Assembly (NCBI GenBank): GCA_963832745.1
Contig: CAWHVC010000001.1
Span: 96,001 to 160,000 of the forward strand
Source of the DNA: Candidatus Bathyarchaeota archaeon
GTDB taxonomy: Archaea > Thermoproteota > Bathyarchaeia > Bathyarchaeales > Bathycorpusculaceae
DNA: 64,000 nucleotides
Reading direction: 5' to 3'
The position numbers and the translations under genes were made by a program. The notes beneath the pieces are model-generated. The model was not told the origin of the DNA. It ran no database searches and worked only from the letters and a program-made list of their open reading frames with translations. Positions 38,665-47,998 of the stretch are shown here, piece after piece (the first letter of the stretch is position 1; each line of letters opens with the position of its first letter).

Positions 38665-40329
38665 CTAATACTTTCCTTTTCTGGTGATTAATCTCAACAC
38701 CAACAAGATGATGAATGAAAGCACAATCAATATGCCGCATCCTAAGCCAATATCGAGCGGTGTAGCTGGAACGACGCCTTTAACCCAATTCACTATGACA
38801 ACTGGCGCTGTTTGAATGTTTGTTGAAACCGCTAGTGTTGCTCCGGTTTCGCTGACGCTTCTTGTGAATACCATGATGGCGCCAGAAAGAATCGAGTATT
38901 TGGTTAATGGTAAAACTATTGATTTGAAGACTGTGAAGGGTTTTGCGCCTAAAGTTTTTGCTGCGTCTTCTGTGTCAATGTTTATTCTTTCCATTGCTGC
39001 TGACATTGACCTGACAAAGTAGGGATAAGTGATTGAAAGGTGAGCAAAAACTAGTAGCATAAATTCTGGCATGCCTGTGAAGCCTTGCCAGAAAAACTTT
39101 AACGAAATTCCTAAGGCGATTGATGGTACAATTAATGGGACGTTGATTAGTATGTCAAGGAGGTTTGAGGCTAGTTTGCCGAAGGTTTTTCGTGCAATAA
39201 GTATCGCCATTGGGATTCCTGTGATTATTCCAAGTGCCGTAACGATTGCGCCTAGACCGTATGATAGTGCTAGGCTTTGCCAGTAATCTGCCCAAACGCC
39301 GCTTGCAGTGAACGCTGCGGTTAGGGTTGTTCCGGTTGCGATTGCTTGAAATGCTGGTAACGCTACATACAAGGATGGTATTAGTACTAATCCAAAGAAG
39401 ACTGTTAGGGTGATTATGTTTCTTGAGTTTTCGGCTTTTTTGTAGCTGAGTTTTTTTTCTATGCTTGCTAGGCCTTTGCCGAATGGTAAGGTAACTTTTT
39501 TGCCTAATACTTGTATTAATCCGAAGATTAGTAGTGAAACGACAATTAGTATGGTGCTTGCGAAGACTGTGGCTCCTTCGTAGGTTCCTTGTGTGATGGT
39601 TGCTATTTTGAGGTCGTTGCTTAATGTTTGTAGGAATACTGGTCCGTTGAGGAATGCGCCTGCTACGATGAATGTGGCTCCTGTTTCTGAGAGTGAACGT
39701 GCAAACGCTAATGAGTATGCGGCTATTAGGGATGGTTTGATTATTGGGAAAGTTACTGTTCTTGCTGCTGTTAAGGGTGCTGCGCCGAGGGTGCGTGATG
39801 CGCGTTCGTATTCCATTTTGTAGTCGAGTAGTGAACCGACGATTACTCGGACGACTACTGGGTATGAGAATGTGAAGTGTAAAAGTGCGACTAGCATCCA
39901 GCCGGGGGAGACGAGGGATGTGCCGAAAAGTGAGGAGATGCCGCCGTCTTGGCTCCAGAATAGAAGAAGGGAGTAGCCAAGGGCTGCGGTTGGTACGATG
40001 AAGGGGATATCGGCCAACGTGTCAAGGACGTTGAGCCATCTTGATTTGCCGCGGGTGATTATCCATGCTAACGGGATGCCTGCGACTAGATCCAACGCGG
40101 AAACGGCAAGGGCGATTATGAATGAATTTAAGATTGCTCCTAAGGCGAGATTCATCAGTTCTGGCTGATCTAAAACGTTTTGGATGGAACCGAATTTTGT
40201 GATTATTCCAATTATGGGGGGAATTAAAATTATTGCAAAAAAGATTAAGACCGCTGAGAGGTACAGGGTGTATTTTAAGGGTTTTTTTGTGGACCAATTG
40301 TTTATGAGATGCGAGAGTTTGTCAGGCAC
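38665..40329 (-). CDS. ABC importer double-domain permease (FbpB/ThiP-like)
   Basis: Two EAA loops (ERASRTLGA, EDAAKTLGA), two RS.SETGAT motifs; GTG start after AGGAG assumed. Confidence 0.85.
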   Translation of the reverse strand: MPDKLSHLINNWSTKKPLKYTLYLSAVLIFFAIILIPPIIGIITKFGSIQNVLDQPELMNLALGAILNSFIIALAVSALDLVAGIPLAWIITRGKSRWLNVLDTLADIPFIVPTAALGYSLLLFWSQDGGISSLFGTSLVSPGWMLVALLHFTFSYPVVVRVIVGSLLDYKMEYERASRTLGAAPLTAARTVTFPIIKPSLIAAYSLAFARSLSETGATFIVAGAFLNGPVFLQTLSNDLKIATITQGTYEGATVFASTILIVVSLLIFGLIQVLGKKVTLPFGKGLASIEKKLSYKKAENSRNIITLTVFFGLVLIPSLYVALPAFQAIATGTTLTAAFTASGVWADYWQSLALSYGLGAIVTALGIITGIPMAILIARKTFGKLASNLLDILINVPLIVPSIALGISLKFFWQGFTGMPEFMLLVFAHLSITYPYFVRSMSAAMERINIDTEDAAKTLGAKPFTVFKSIVLPLTKYSILSGAIMVFTRSVSETGATLAVSTNIQTAPVVIVNWVKGVVPATPLDIGLGCGILIVLSFIILLVLRLITRKGKY

Positions 40330-40890
40330 TTTGATACTCCTGTATTTCAGGGTTTTTTGCTCAAAAGAAATTCTAAATAGACTATTCTGGTATATTAGTT
40401 GTACCATTAGCGATGGATTTTTCTTTGTAGGTTTACGCTGAAATATTTAGTTCAAATCAGAATTATATAGCAACAAATGTGCAACTGCTCTCGAGCGCTT
40501 TTTTTCACATGTTTGGGTTAGGTTTGGTTGCTTTAGTTTTTTTAGGTTTTTTTGTGTGTTTGTGGGGTTTGTTTTGGGTTGCTTTTTTGAATCCGTGTTT
40601 GTAGTGGTTGCAGGGTACGTCAAGGAAAGGCGGCAAGCGTCAACAGAAGTCAATTGACGTTAAAAGAAGCAACGAAAAGCAATGAACAACGCAATGAAGT
40701 CGGGCACTAGCATGACCCATTCACGTGAGCTAAAGCATTTATCACATCCCAAACAAGAAACCAGCACCCCAACGGCTCCTATAAACAATTTTACGCCTGA
40801 AAAACACTTTTTTAGAAAGCAGTTTTGATTCATGTGAATGACTTGCCAGCACAAACAATGATTGTGTTTAGTTTGGCGTTTTTCCGTAAA

Positions 40891-41024
40891 CACTGGTTTT
40901 CAACATATTAATGGCGCAAAAAACAGCCAATACGACCTACCCCCCTTAGGGTTTCTGTAAAAGCGCTGTTTTCTACCTACCCCCTATAGGTTTCAACATA
41001 GAACCTCTAATAGGCTCCAAATAG
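40891..41024 (-). repeat. Dispersed intergenic repeat (modules Y+X), two G-string boxes
   Basis: Minus strand GTTCTATGTTGAAACCTATAGGGGGTAGG and CAGAAACCCTAAGGGGGGTAGG; matches 26654-26811. Confidence 0.85.
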
Positions 41025-41095
41025 GTTGGTATAAAAAATAAAGCAACAAAAAGCGTTGCCAAATCAAAAAAACATTAATCACCCAAAAAAATAAG

Positions 41096-41165
41096 CACTG
41101 AAAACCAACATACTAATGACCAAAAAATCAACCAATACACACCTACCCCCTCTAAGGAATTTCAG
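41096..41165 (-). repeat. Tandem second copy of module X
   Basis: cactg..aacata.taatg..aaaaaa..ccaatac..acctaccccc..agg aligns with 40891-40957. Confidence 0.75.
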
Positions 41166-41433
41166 AGTTTTTAAAAGATTAATTGATGATTTACAAATCA
41201 AAGTAGCCCACAGTTTTTTGCAATGTATAATTACCCTTGTGAAAGCAATTCCCCCGCAATTTCTAAGAGAAGGCACGAAGTTGATTTATCACACCTTTTA
41301 GCCCCTAAATCCCCTTTTCCCTATCTTAGGGAACAAAAGAGGACTTACTTGATTTCAGAAAAAGCTTGACTGAACCCACTCAAGACTATTTTACTGCAAA
41401 CTTTAAACGCAAAAATAACAAATAGTCTACTAT

Positions 41434-42738
41434 ATGCCAAAATTAGGAAAACTAATTGCTATAGTGCTTGTTTTCATTTTCATTACCACTTTACTTTTCC
41501 TTTGGTTTGCTTATTCATCTAATACAAATTTGACGTGGAACATTCAAGTGGTAGACGACAGAACTTGGGGTGGAGGGTCGCTTGCTTTAGATAGCAATAA
41601 CCAGCCATGCATTGCCTACACCCATTATGAATATAAAAGTGGGCTTTATCGAAATAGATACCTTACTTATGCAACTTTAACTAATTCAAATTGGAACTTA
41701 ACAAGGATAGATATGGGGCATAGCCCCAGCCTTGCACTGAATAAAAATAACATACCTCAAATTATCTACCAAGGGGAAGTAATCGAACCCTTTTTTGGAA
41801 AAAATGACACCTTCCCCTCTGAAAATGGTTTAATGTACGCATACATAAACGGCACATCATGGGTCACACAAGTTATAGATAAAAAAGGCGCGTATGGCTG
41901 CCTTGATTTAGATTCTCTAGGCAACCCTCATGTTGCATACATAAATAACAATACCGTAATGTATGCCAGCTTAAAGGGTTCAAACTGGACCACACAAAAG
42001 ATTGACTCATTTGAAACACTTCTGCCACCAAACCTTTCCATGCAACTTGACTCAAAAAATAATCCCCATATTCTCTATGGGTACATAGTTAGAGAACCAA
42101 CAAATAATCCTGACCAAGTCAACGAATATCAAACTGTAAAATACTTAACATGTAATGGTTCGGCATGGGACATTAAAACATTATTAAATGGCGTCGAGAG
42201 TTTTAGCCCAATGGTTTTAGACTCTAACGATTGCCTCCATTTCCTATATATCGAAAAAAATTCTCAGCCAGCATGGCTAAACGTAAATTTAACCTACGCC
42301 ATTTTGGATAGCACAGGATTGAAAACGAAATTTGCAGCGGTCAATGCCAGCTTTAGTTCAGGCTATCTTTCGCTTGATTACAGAGATAATCCTCATTTTG
42401 ACTACTCCAAAATAACTGATGCTGAATTTGGCGGAACTACAGAAGAATTATCATATGTACAGTGGATAGGAACAAACTGGATTTCAGAGAAAATAGAATC
42501 TGGAGGTTCAGGCGGTCCCCTTATTGTTGACTTAAATGGAAATCCTCATTTGATTTCGACTTCGAATATTGCAGGAACCTATTACAGCGTTTGTAAATAT
42601 ATCTCGGCGACCCGTTCCATACCAGACCCTTCAGTAATTTTTCCCTATCTTATGGTAATGATTGCTATTATCACAACATTAGCATTAGTAAAAATAGTGA
42701 TGCTATTTAGGGGTCGTAGAAAAACAGTTGCAATTTGA
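41434..42738 (+). CDS. Membrane-anchored beta-propeller (BNR-like repeat) surface protein
   Basis: Repeats SLALDSNNQPCIAY / LDSLGNPHVAY / LDSKNNPHILY; N- and C-terminal TM. Confidence 0.75.
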   Translation: MPKLGKLIAIVLVFIFITTLLFLWFAYSSNTNLTWNIQVVDDRTWGGGSLALDSNNQPCIAYTHYEYKSGLYRNRYLTYATLTNSNWNLTRIDMGHSPSLALNKNNIPQIIYQGEVIEPFFGKNDTFPSENGLMYAYINGTSWVTQVIDKKGAYGCLDLDSLGNPHVAYINNNTVMYASLKGSNWTTQKIDSFETLLPPNLSMQLDSKNNPHILYGYIVREPTNNPDQVNEYQTVKYLTCNGSAWDIKTLLNGVESFSPMVLDSNDCLHFLYIEKNSQPAWLNVNLTYAILDSTGLKTKFAAVNASFSSGYLSLDYRDNPHFDYSKITDAEFGGTTEELSYVQWIGTNWISEKIESGGSGGPLIVDLNGNPHLISTSNIAGTYYSVCKYISATRSIPDPSVIFPYLMVMIAIITTLALVKIVMLFRGRRKTVAI

Positions 42739-42887
42739 AGGTAGCGATGTAAGCATAAATCGCCTAAAAGCTTATAACTAGACTAAGTATAGGCGGTTAG
42801 GGATTTTAGATGAGTGCAGAAGGTAAAAATTTACTAAGCTCAAAGGGGCGGGTTATATCCAACACACCACGCCCATTTTACCGCACA

Positions 42888-43201
42888 CCACCCCTATTTA
42901 TGGAAAAGCTGTTCTAAACGCCATTTGCTTGAGGGTTAGAGATATTGACGTTCTAAGCGCATTACTTGAGGGTTAACTAATACCTCTCTTTAAGCCTATT
43001 AAAAGTACCTGTTCGTTACGCACTTGAGTGTGACGTAGTATTAATGATAAGTTGCAGGCGTGTCCTGAGCTATACAGATGATATACTACCTAAGAGCCCA
43101 CCTATTTTATCCCTATAGGGAAAAGTAGTTCTAAAGGTAAACATTTCGAGGGTATTAGTTTTTTACGTTTTAATCGTATGTTAGAGGGCTAACTAAAATA
43201 C
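42888..43201 (+). repeat. Degenerate ~100-bp direct repeat (42888-42983, 43097-43201) with four GTT(C/T)TAA-N-GAGGG units
   Basis: ggaaaag..gttctaaa..gagggt..acgtt.taa.cg.at..gaggg.taacta present twice. Confidence 0.6.
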
Positions 43202-43276
43202 GATGTAACTAACTATTAAGATTTGTTCCAATAACCAGCTCGCGTATACTGTGTAATCCTCAACACAAGTAACCTA

Positions 43277-44449
43277 CTAACAGTTGCCTAACTTGCATCT
43301 CGCTTTATAAATTTGGGCAACAGACCAATCCTTTTTGGATACCCTTGTCTGGAAATCTATACCTCTGGAAGCAAGCCATTCTCCAATAGTAATTAGCCCC
43401 TTTTTAGGGATTTTAATCATTTTGCTGCTCTGAGCCTCCAAATATTTTTGTCCGCTGTAAATAGCCATCTCTGAAACAGTTTCAAAGACTTTGGCTGCTC
43501 TACCATCGGCTAACTCTGTCACTTGTTGATTTAAATCAAACACTTTGTTCTTCAAATAGGCGGGATATTTTCTGCAGTAGGGGTCTAAGAGAAGATTCTC
43601 CATCGTTCTACGGATTGCCTTAGTTGTTTTGCTATCAAAAATTTCAATGTACCTTTCGATAGGTATCTCTGGGCAGTAATTCACTTTTAGTCCTTCAAGA
43701 ATATAATCGATCGGCATTTTCTCTGGTAAACCACCGATTTGCGATAGAATACCTTTGTTTACACTACATTCAGTTTGTAATACGGAATTTAGTTGATTTA
43801 CAGCTAGTGTGTTTCTAAAGAAACATGCATCGCCAATATGGGGTGTGGGGCTTGACATCAAATGCTTTCTAAAGCCCATAAGGTAGCTTGCTGTTAAGCA
43901 TGTATTGCAAGTAGGTTTAAAATTAAATCGAACTATATCCTCCTTTGCCAAACCGCTCATTTCATTCCAATTATTTTGATTTCTTAATTGATTTATGTAG
44001 GCATAAACCAGTAGTTCTCTTTGAGCGGGTGATATTGTAGGAACCCCCGAGTTTAGTAAGGGCTGGATTATTTCGGGGTCATAATTTCGATAAGTATCAT
44101 CAAAGAAATAAGGTATAACTCGTCCCTCTTGCGCTAACAATTTTAGTTCGTTTACAGTTAATCCATGAAAATTCTCAAAACTTTTACTGTTAATTTTCAC
44201 AACTGTTTTAGAATTGTCCTCATTCTTCTTAAAGTACTTAGAATACACTGGTAAGAAAACCATGTCGTATAATGGTATTAATGAAGTTACATGGGATGTA
44301 TTGCATGAACAAGGCGAAGGGGCTATAAAACAACTTGCAGGTTTAATCTTAAAACCGAGCGCTTTTTCTGTATCCAAGGAATTATCTTTTGAGAATTCCT
44401 TAAGCAATTTTTCATCATCTTTTGCCCATTCCTCAATTGAGTAACTCAC
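43277..44449 (-). CDS. Hypothetical protein (island cargo)
   Basis: 390-aa ORF, GTG start after GAGTGA, AT-rich; no recognised motif. Confidence 0.75.
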   Translation of the reverse strand: MSYSIEEWAKDDEKLLKEFSKDNSLDTEKALGFKIKPASCFIAPSPCSCNTSHVTSLIPLYDMVFLPVYSKYFKKNEDNSKTVVKINSKSFENFHGLTVNELKLLAQEGRVIPYFFDDTYRNYDPEIIQPLLNSGVPTISPAQRELLVYAYINQLRNQNNWNEMSGLAKEDIVRFNFKPTCNTCLTASYLMGFRKHLMSSPTPHIGDACFFRNTLAVNQLNSVLQTECSVNKGILSQIGGLPEKMPIDYILEGLKVNYCPEIPIERYIEIFDSKTTKAIRRTMENLLLDPYCRKYPAYLKNKVFDLNQQVTELADGRAAKVFETVSEMAIYSGQKYLEAQSSKMIKIPKKGLITIGEWLASRGIDFQTRVSKKDWSVAQIYKARCKLGNC

Positions 44450-44559
44450 TTGTAATCACTCGCTAAAAGAAGTAACAATCGCTTTTCCTTTAAAAACTTT
44501 AATTTGAACTGTGTGCTAATAAAAATTTAGCTTATAATTCGTTTTACTCTACGTTTCAA

Positions 44560-44775
44560 TTCAGTGACCTCACTCGGACGGGGGGTGAGCCCCGTCCTAC
44601 CCGGGAGGTATGGAACCCCTTTGTAGCCCGCTGGCGCCACCTGTGGCGGAGGGCGCGTGGGGGTTCCATGTCAATATGAACGACTCGACCAGACTGAGAT
44701 TTGCACTAGAAGAAGTGTATTCGTGCGCCCCATCGAGGACGACCTTGCGTCGGCTCTCGATTGGCGCTTAACAGC
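44560..44775 (+). ncRNA. Candidate structured non-coding RNA or DNA element
   Basis: GC-rich non-coding block with stems 44576-44597, 44610-44669, 44702-44719 and 44725-44767; TTATAA about 25 bp upstream. Confidence 0.4.
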
Positions 44776-45178
44776 TTTTCTAAAAGAATGTCGTCGTCGT
44801 TGTCACATTAACACTCACAATCCAGCGGTGGTCTTATTTTAAAATCAATCCGTCACCCCTCAACCAAAGCCAAACCAAAACCAAACTCTGCAGCCGTCTC
44901 CTTTGGCTTAAGCGTTGTCGTCGGGCGCCCGAAGAGTCGCCACCCAACATTTCCGTATGCTCCCTAATACGGAAGATAGCAAAACAAGTATGCGAAAAGA
45001 CTTAAAACTCATTTTAGATTGCAAAAATTGGGTAGAAACCAAATAAGTTTAATAATTAAAATTAGACTATTAATTAAACATGCCAGAAAACGGTTGATAC
45101 AATAATAATATAGATTGTTCTAATAAAGAGTGCTCACCTAAATTACGCAAGGATGATGTAAAAGAGCGCTCTAAAAGA

Positions 45179-45397
45179 GTGCTTGAGGTGTTATCCTCAA
45201 AACCTTTGAGTTATAATGAGGTTGTTGAGCAATCGGGTATAAACCCCCGCTATGTATCGCGCTATCTTGACTATTTAGTAGACTCTAAGAAAGCTTATAG
45301 AATCCCTGAAGTTTCTAAGGGTGCAAGAGGTAGACCAAGAGTTTTTTATTCAGTCAGCTTAAACACAAACCAACCAAACTCTAAACCTTCTGCATAA
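45179..45397 (+). CDS. Small winged-helix DNA-binding protein (may extend 5')
   Basis: LSYNEVVEQSGINPRYVSRYLDYLV...GRPRVFY. Confidence 0.65.
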   Translation: MLEVLSSKPLSYNEVVEQSGINPRYVSRYLDYLVDSKKAYRIPEVSKGARGRPRVFYSVSLNTNQPNSKPSA

Positions 45398-45596
45398 TAT
45401 CAATTGAGAGGGTGCTAAACCCACAAAAGTCTAAACTTCCCTCAACGGTTGCAGTAGAAGTAGAGTTTAGCAAGCTAAAAAGCGCCTGCCGATATGAAAA
45501 AGGCGGAAATTGCAAACAAAAAAGGGAAAAATGCGCAATCTCCATATGCCCATTAGTATTGCATATCAGATTGGCGCGTAAATGGAAGTAAGTGCA

Positions 45597-46867
45597 CTAT
45601 TGAGAAGTGCCCTTTACCTTTGACTTAAAGCTGCTTGCTTTGAGCTTTTCAGCGTCTTTTTTGATTTTAGCCATAAACTCGGGGTTTTCAGTAAGTTGTT
45701 TGGCAACCTGTTCCATAATGCCCTCAGCCATCTGTTTGTAATTCTCCGAGTTTCCAATTTGCTTGATTATGTTAGTTAATGCGTCAAGTTGGTTCTTTGT
45801 CGCTTGCAGTTCTTGGTCTTTTTCATCAAGCTTTCGCTGAAAAATTGTTTGCGTATCAGTTAAGCCCTTGAGAGTATCCATGACTTTCTTTAAGTCTGCT
45901 CTAACCTGCAACCCATTAATTGAGACATGCTCAAACACTTTCCCATAAGCTTCCTTGATAGTAAACTCATCATAGTCATAGTGACCTCTTGCGCCCTTCC
46001 TGCCATGCCCAAACATCAAATCCTTAAGCTCCTGCGGAGAAATCCCTGCCCTAAGCAACGCTGAATTATAGAAGCTCCTGAGTGTCTTTGTCTTAAACTC
46101 CTTGGCTTTCTCTTGGCTAAACGTCTTTTGAGCTAAAGCCTTCATAGCCTCATTGATACTTCTGACTTCTAACTGCTCACCTTTACCCTTCGTTTGGCTA
46201 ACAAACAAAAAATCCGCTTTCAGGATTGCCTCTTTCTTGAAGCATAGCCTTTAGGTCATGCACAGCCTCATAACTAAAACAAGTCGCCTGTACCTCGTTA
46301 GTTTTCTCTCGGGGCTTCTCAATAAAATAATGCTCAGTCTCAGGATTTTCATACAATTCTTTGTTCTTCAATTCTAAAAAAGCTAACATCAACTTCAGAA
46401 AAACCACTTTGCCCCAAAACAAGCAATAACGCTCTATCCCTCAAGTTGCCATGTGAATACATCGCCTTAACATCATCTTTAGTTAGCTTCATTCTCTGGA
46501 TTACTTGCTGTTGCTGGGTACTCTCCCAATCGCCTCGTTTTAGGGCTAAGGGCAAACCGTTTCTCCCAAAAAATGATGCTACCGTTCTAAGGGCTGTTTT
46601 TACGCTTAAGGGTTTAAGGTTCCCCCGTTGCTCTAAATATTCCTTGTAGGCTCGGAATTTATCCTCAAAAAACTGCCTCTCAGCTATATCTTGGGTTGTT
46701 AGGTCATGCATGCGCTTTTTTATTTGCTCTGTTGGAGTCATTTCCACAAAGGCTTGTCAATCATGGAATTCGGTGGCATAGTTCTGTTTGGTTCTCTCGC
46801 TTAATCCAACTAACCATCGTTTAAAATACTCGTCTTGCTCGTAGGCTCTATCTAGCACTTTTCTCAT
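45597..46867 (-). pseudogene. Tyrosine recombinase/integrase with coiled-coil tail; in-frame TGA at 46757-46759 and frameshifts near 46380 and 46210
   Basis: MRKVLDRAY..LSERTKQNY N-domain, LRDRALLL..QSG, REKT, TLRSFY, LMFGH, GHY. Confidence 0.8.
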
Positions 46868-46906
46868 ATAGTTCTAACACTCTTCTTGGTTTAAACCCTA
46901 AAAGCC

Positions 46907-47852
46907 TTGCGTTCAAAACGTCAAACCCCTACTCAAAGAGTAAGCGTTCAAACCGAAATTTCCATTTATGAAGTTTTAACAGAACTGGAAAACAACGGCA
47001 AAAGCAAAGACACCGTAAAATTCACACGCAAAGCCTTAACATTCTTAGCAAAACACACAGCACTAAAAGAACCCGAAGCAGTCAAAGCTCTCATAGCACA
47101 CTTAACCGATAAAAACGGTGAAGAAGTCAGCAATGGATACAAAAGAAATCTTTGTATCGCTTACAACAAATACTGTGAACATTTCAAAATAGACTGGAAC
47201 ATGCCACTCTACAAAGTAGAGGAACGAGAAATTGATTTTACCAACCAAAGAAAGAATCGACAAACTAATCGCCGCTGCAAGCAAAATCCTCTCATTGAAA
47301 TTATCAGTAAGTAAAGATACAGGCTTAAGACCATGCGAACTAATGAGATTAAAAGTTAAAAACTTCAATCCCGAGATAAAACAAGTTTTTCCAACAACCG
47401 CCAAACACGGTTGCGGAAGAGCCCCAAAACTAACAGACAACACAGCAACAAGACTGCATGAACACATTTTAAGAATTGGGTTGAAACAAGAAGATAAAAT
47501 CTTCAAAGGAGACGCAGACCACTACGGCGACGACTTTAGGGCAATGCGCAACAAATTAGCAATAAAACTAAATGACCCTAAAATCCATGAAATACGTCTC
47601 TATGACATCAGACACTATTACTGCACGCATACGCTGAAGAAAACCAATAACGCATACATCACAATGAAACTTATGGGGCACAAAAAACTTTCAACCACAC
47701 AAAAGTACCTACACCTAACCGAAGAAATAAACGGCGAATGGATAACAGAACAAACCAACGACAGAAAAAGAGCAGACGATTTGACGAAAGCAGAATACAT
47801 TTATTGTTTCACAACGCCAGACGGTTACATGCAGTTTAAAAAACTCAAATGA
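46907..47852 (+). CDS. Tyrosine recombinase/integrase; frameshift near 47232
   Basis: TGLRPCEL, AKHG, LYDIRHYY, LMGHKKLSTTQKYLH (R-K-x-R-H-Y catalytic set). Confidence 0.85.
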
Positions 47853-47998
47853 AATCTTTTTTTGAGGATTACACGCCACCGCGAAGAGCGCCCTAAACGG
47901 TCGCCTTCCGCACCCAAATTTATTGAAAAAGCGGTTAATCTTCTTATAACGAAGAATGATTTTTTAACTTAATGCTCTAAAGTAACCTAAGAAGAACT

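Noticed and set aside
40891-43201. CRISPR array interpretation of the repeats
   Set aside because: Repeats are degenerate, irregularly spaced and few; no cas genes
44576-44670. Group II intron end (CCTACCCG) or HDV-like ribozyme similarity
   Set aside because: No domain V AGC triad upstream; HDV P1/P3/L3 geometry does not fit on either strand
46757-46759. In-frame TGA as selenocysteine or recoding
   Set aside because: Context suits a Trp TGG-to-TGA change; TGA is used as a normal stop elsewhere and no SECIS is evident
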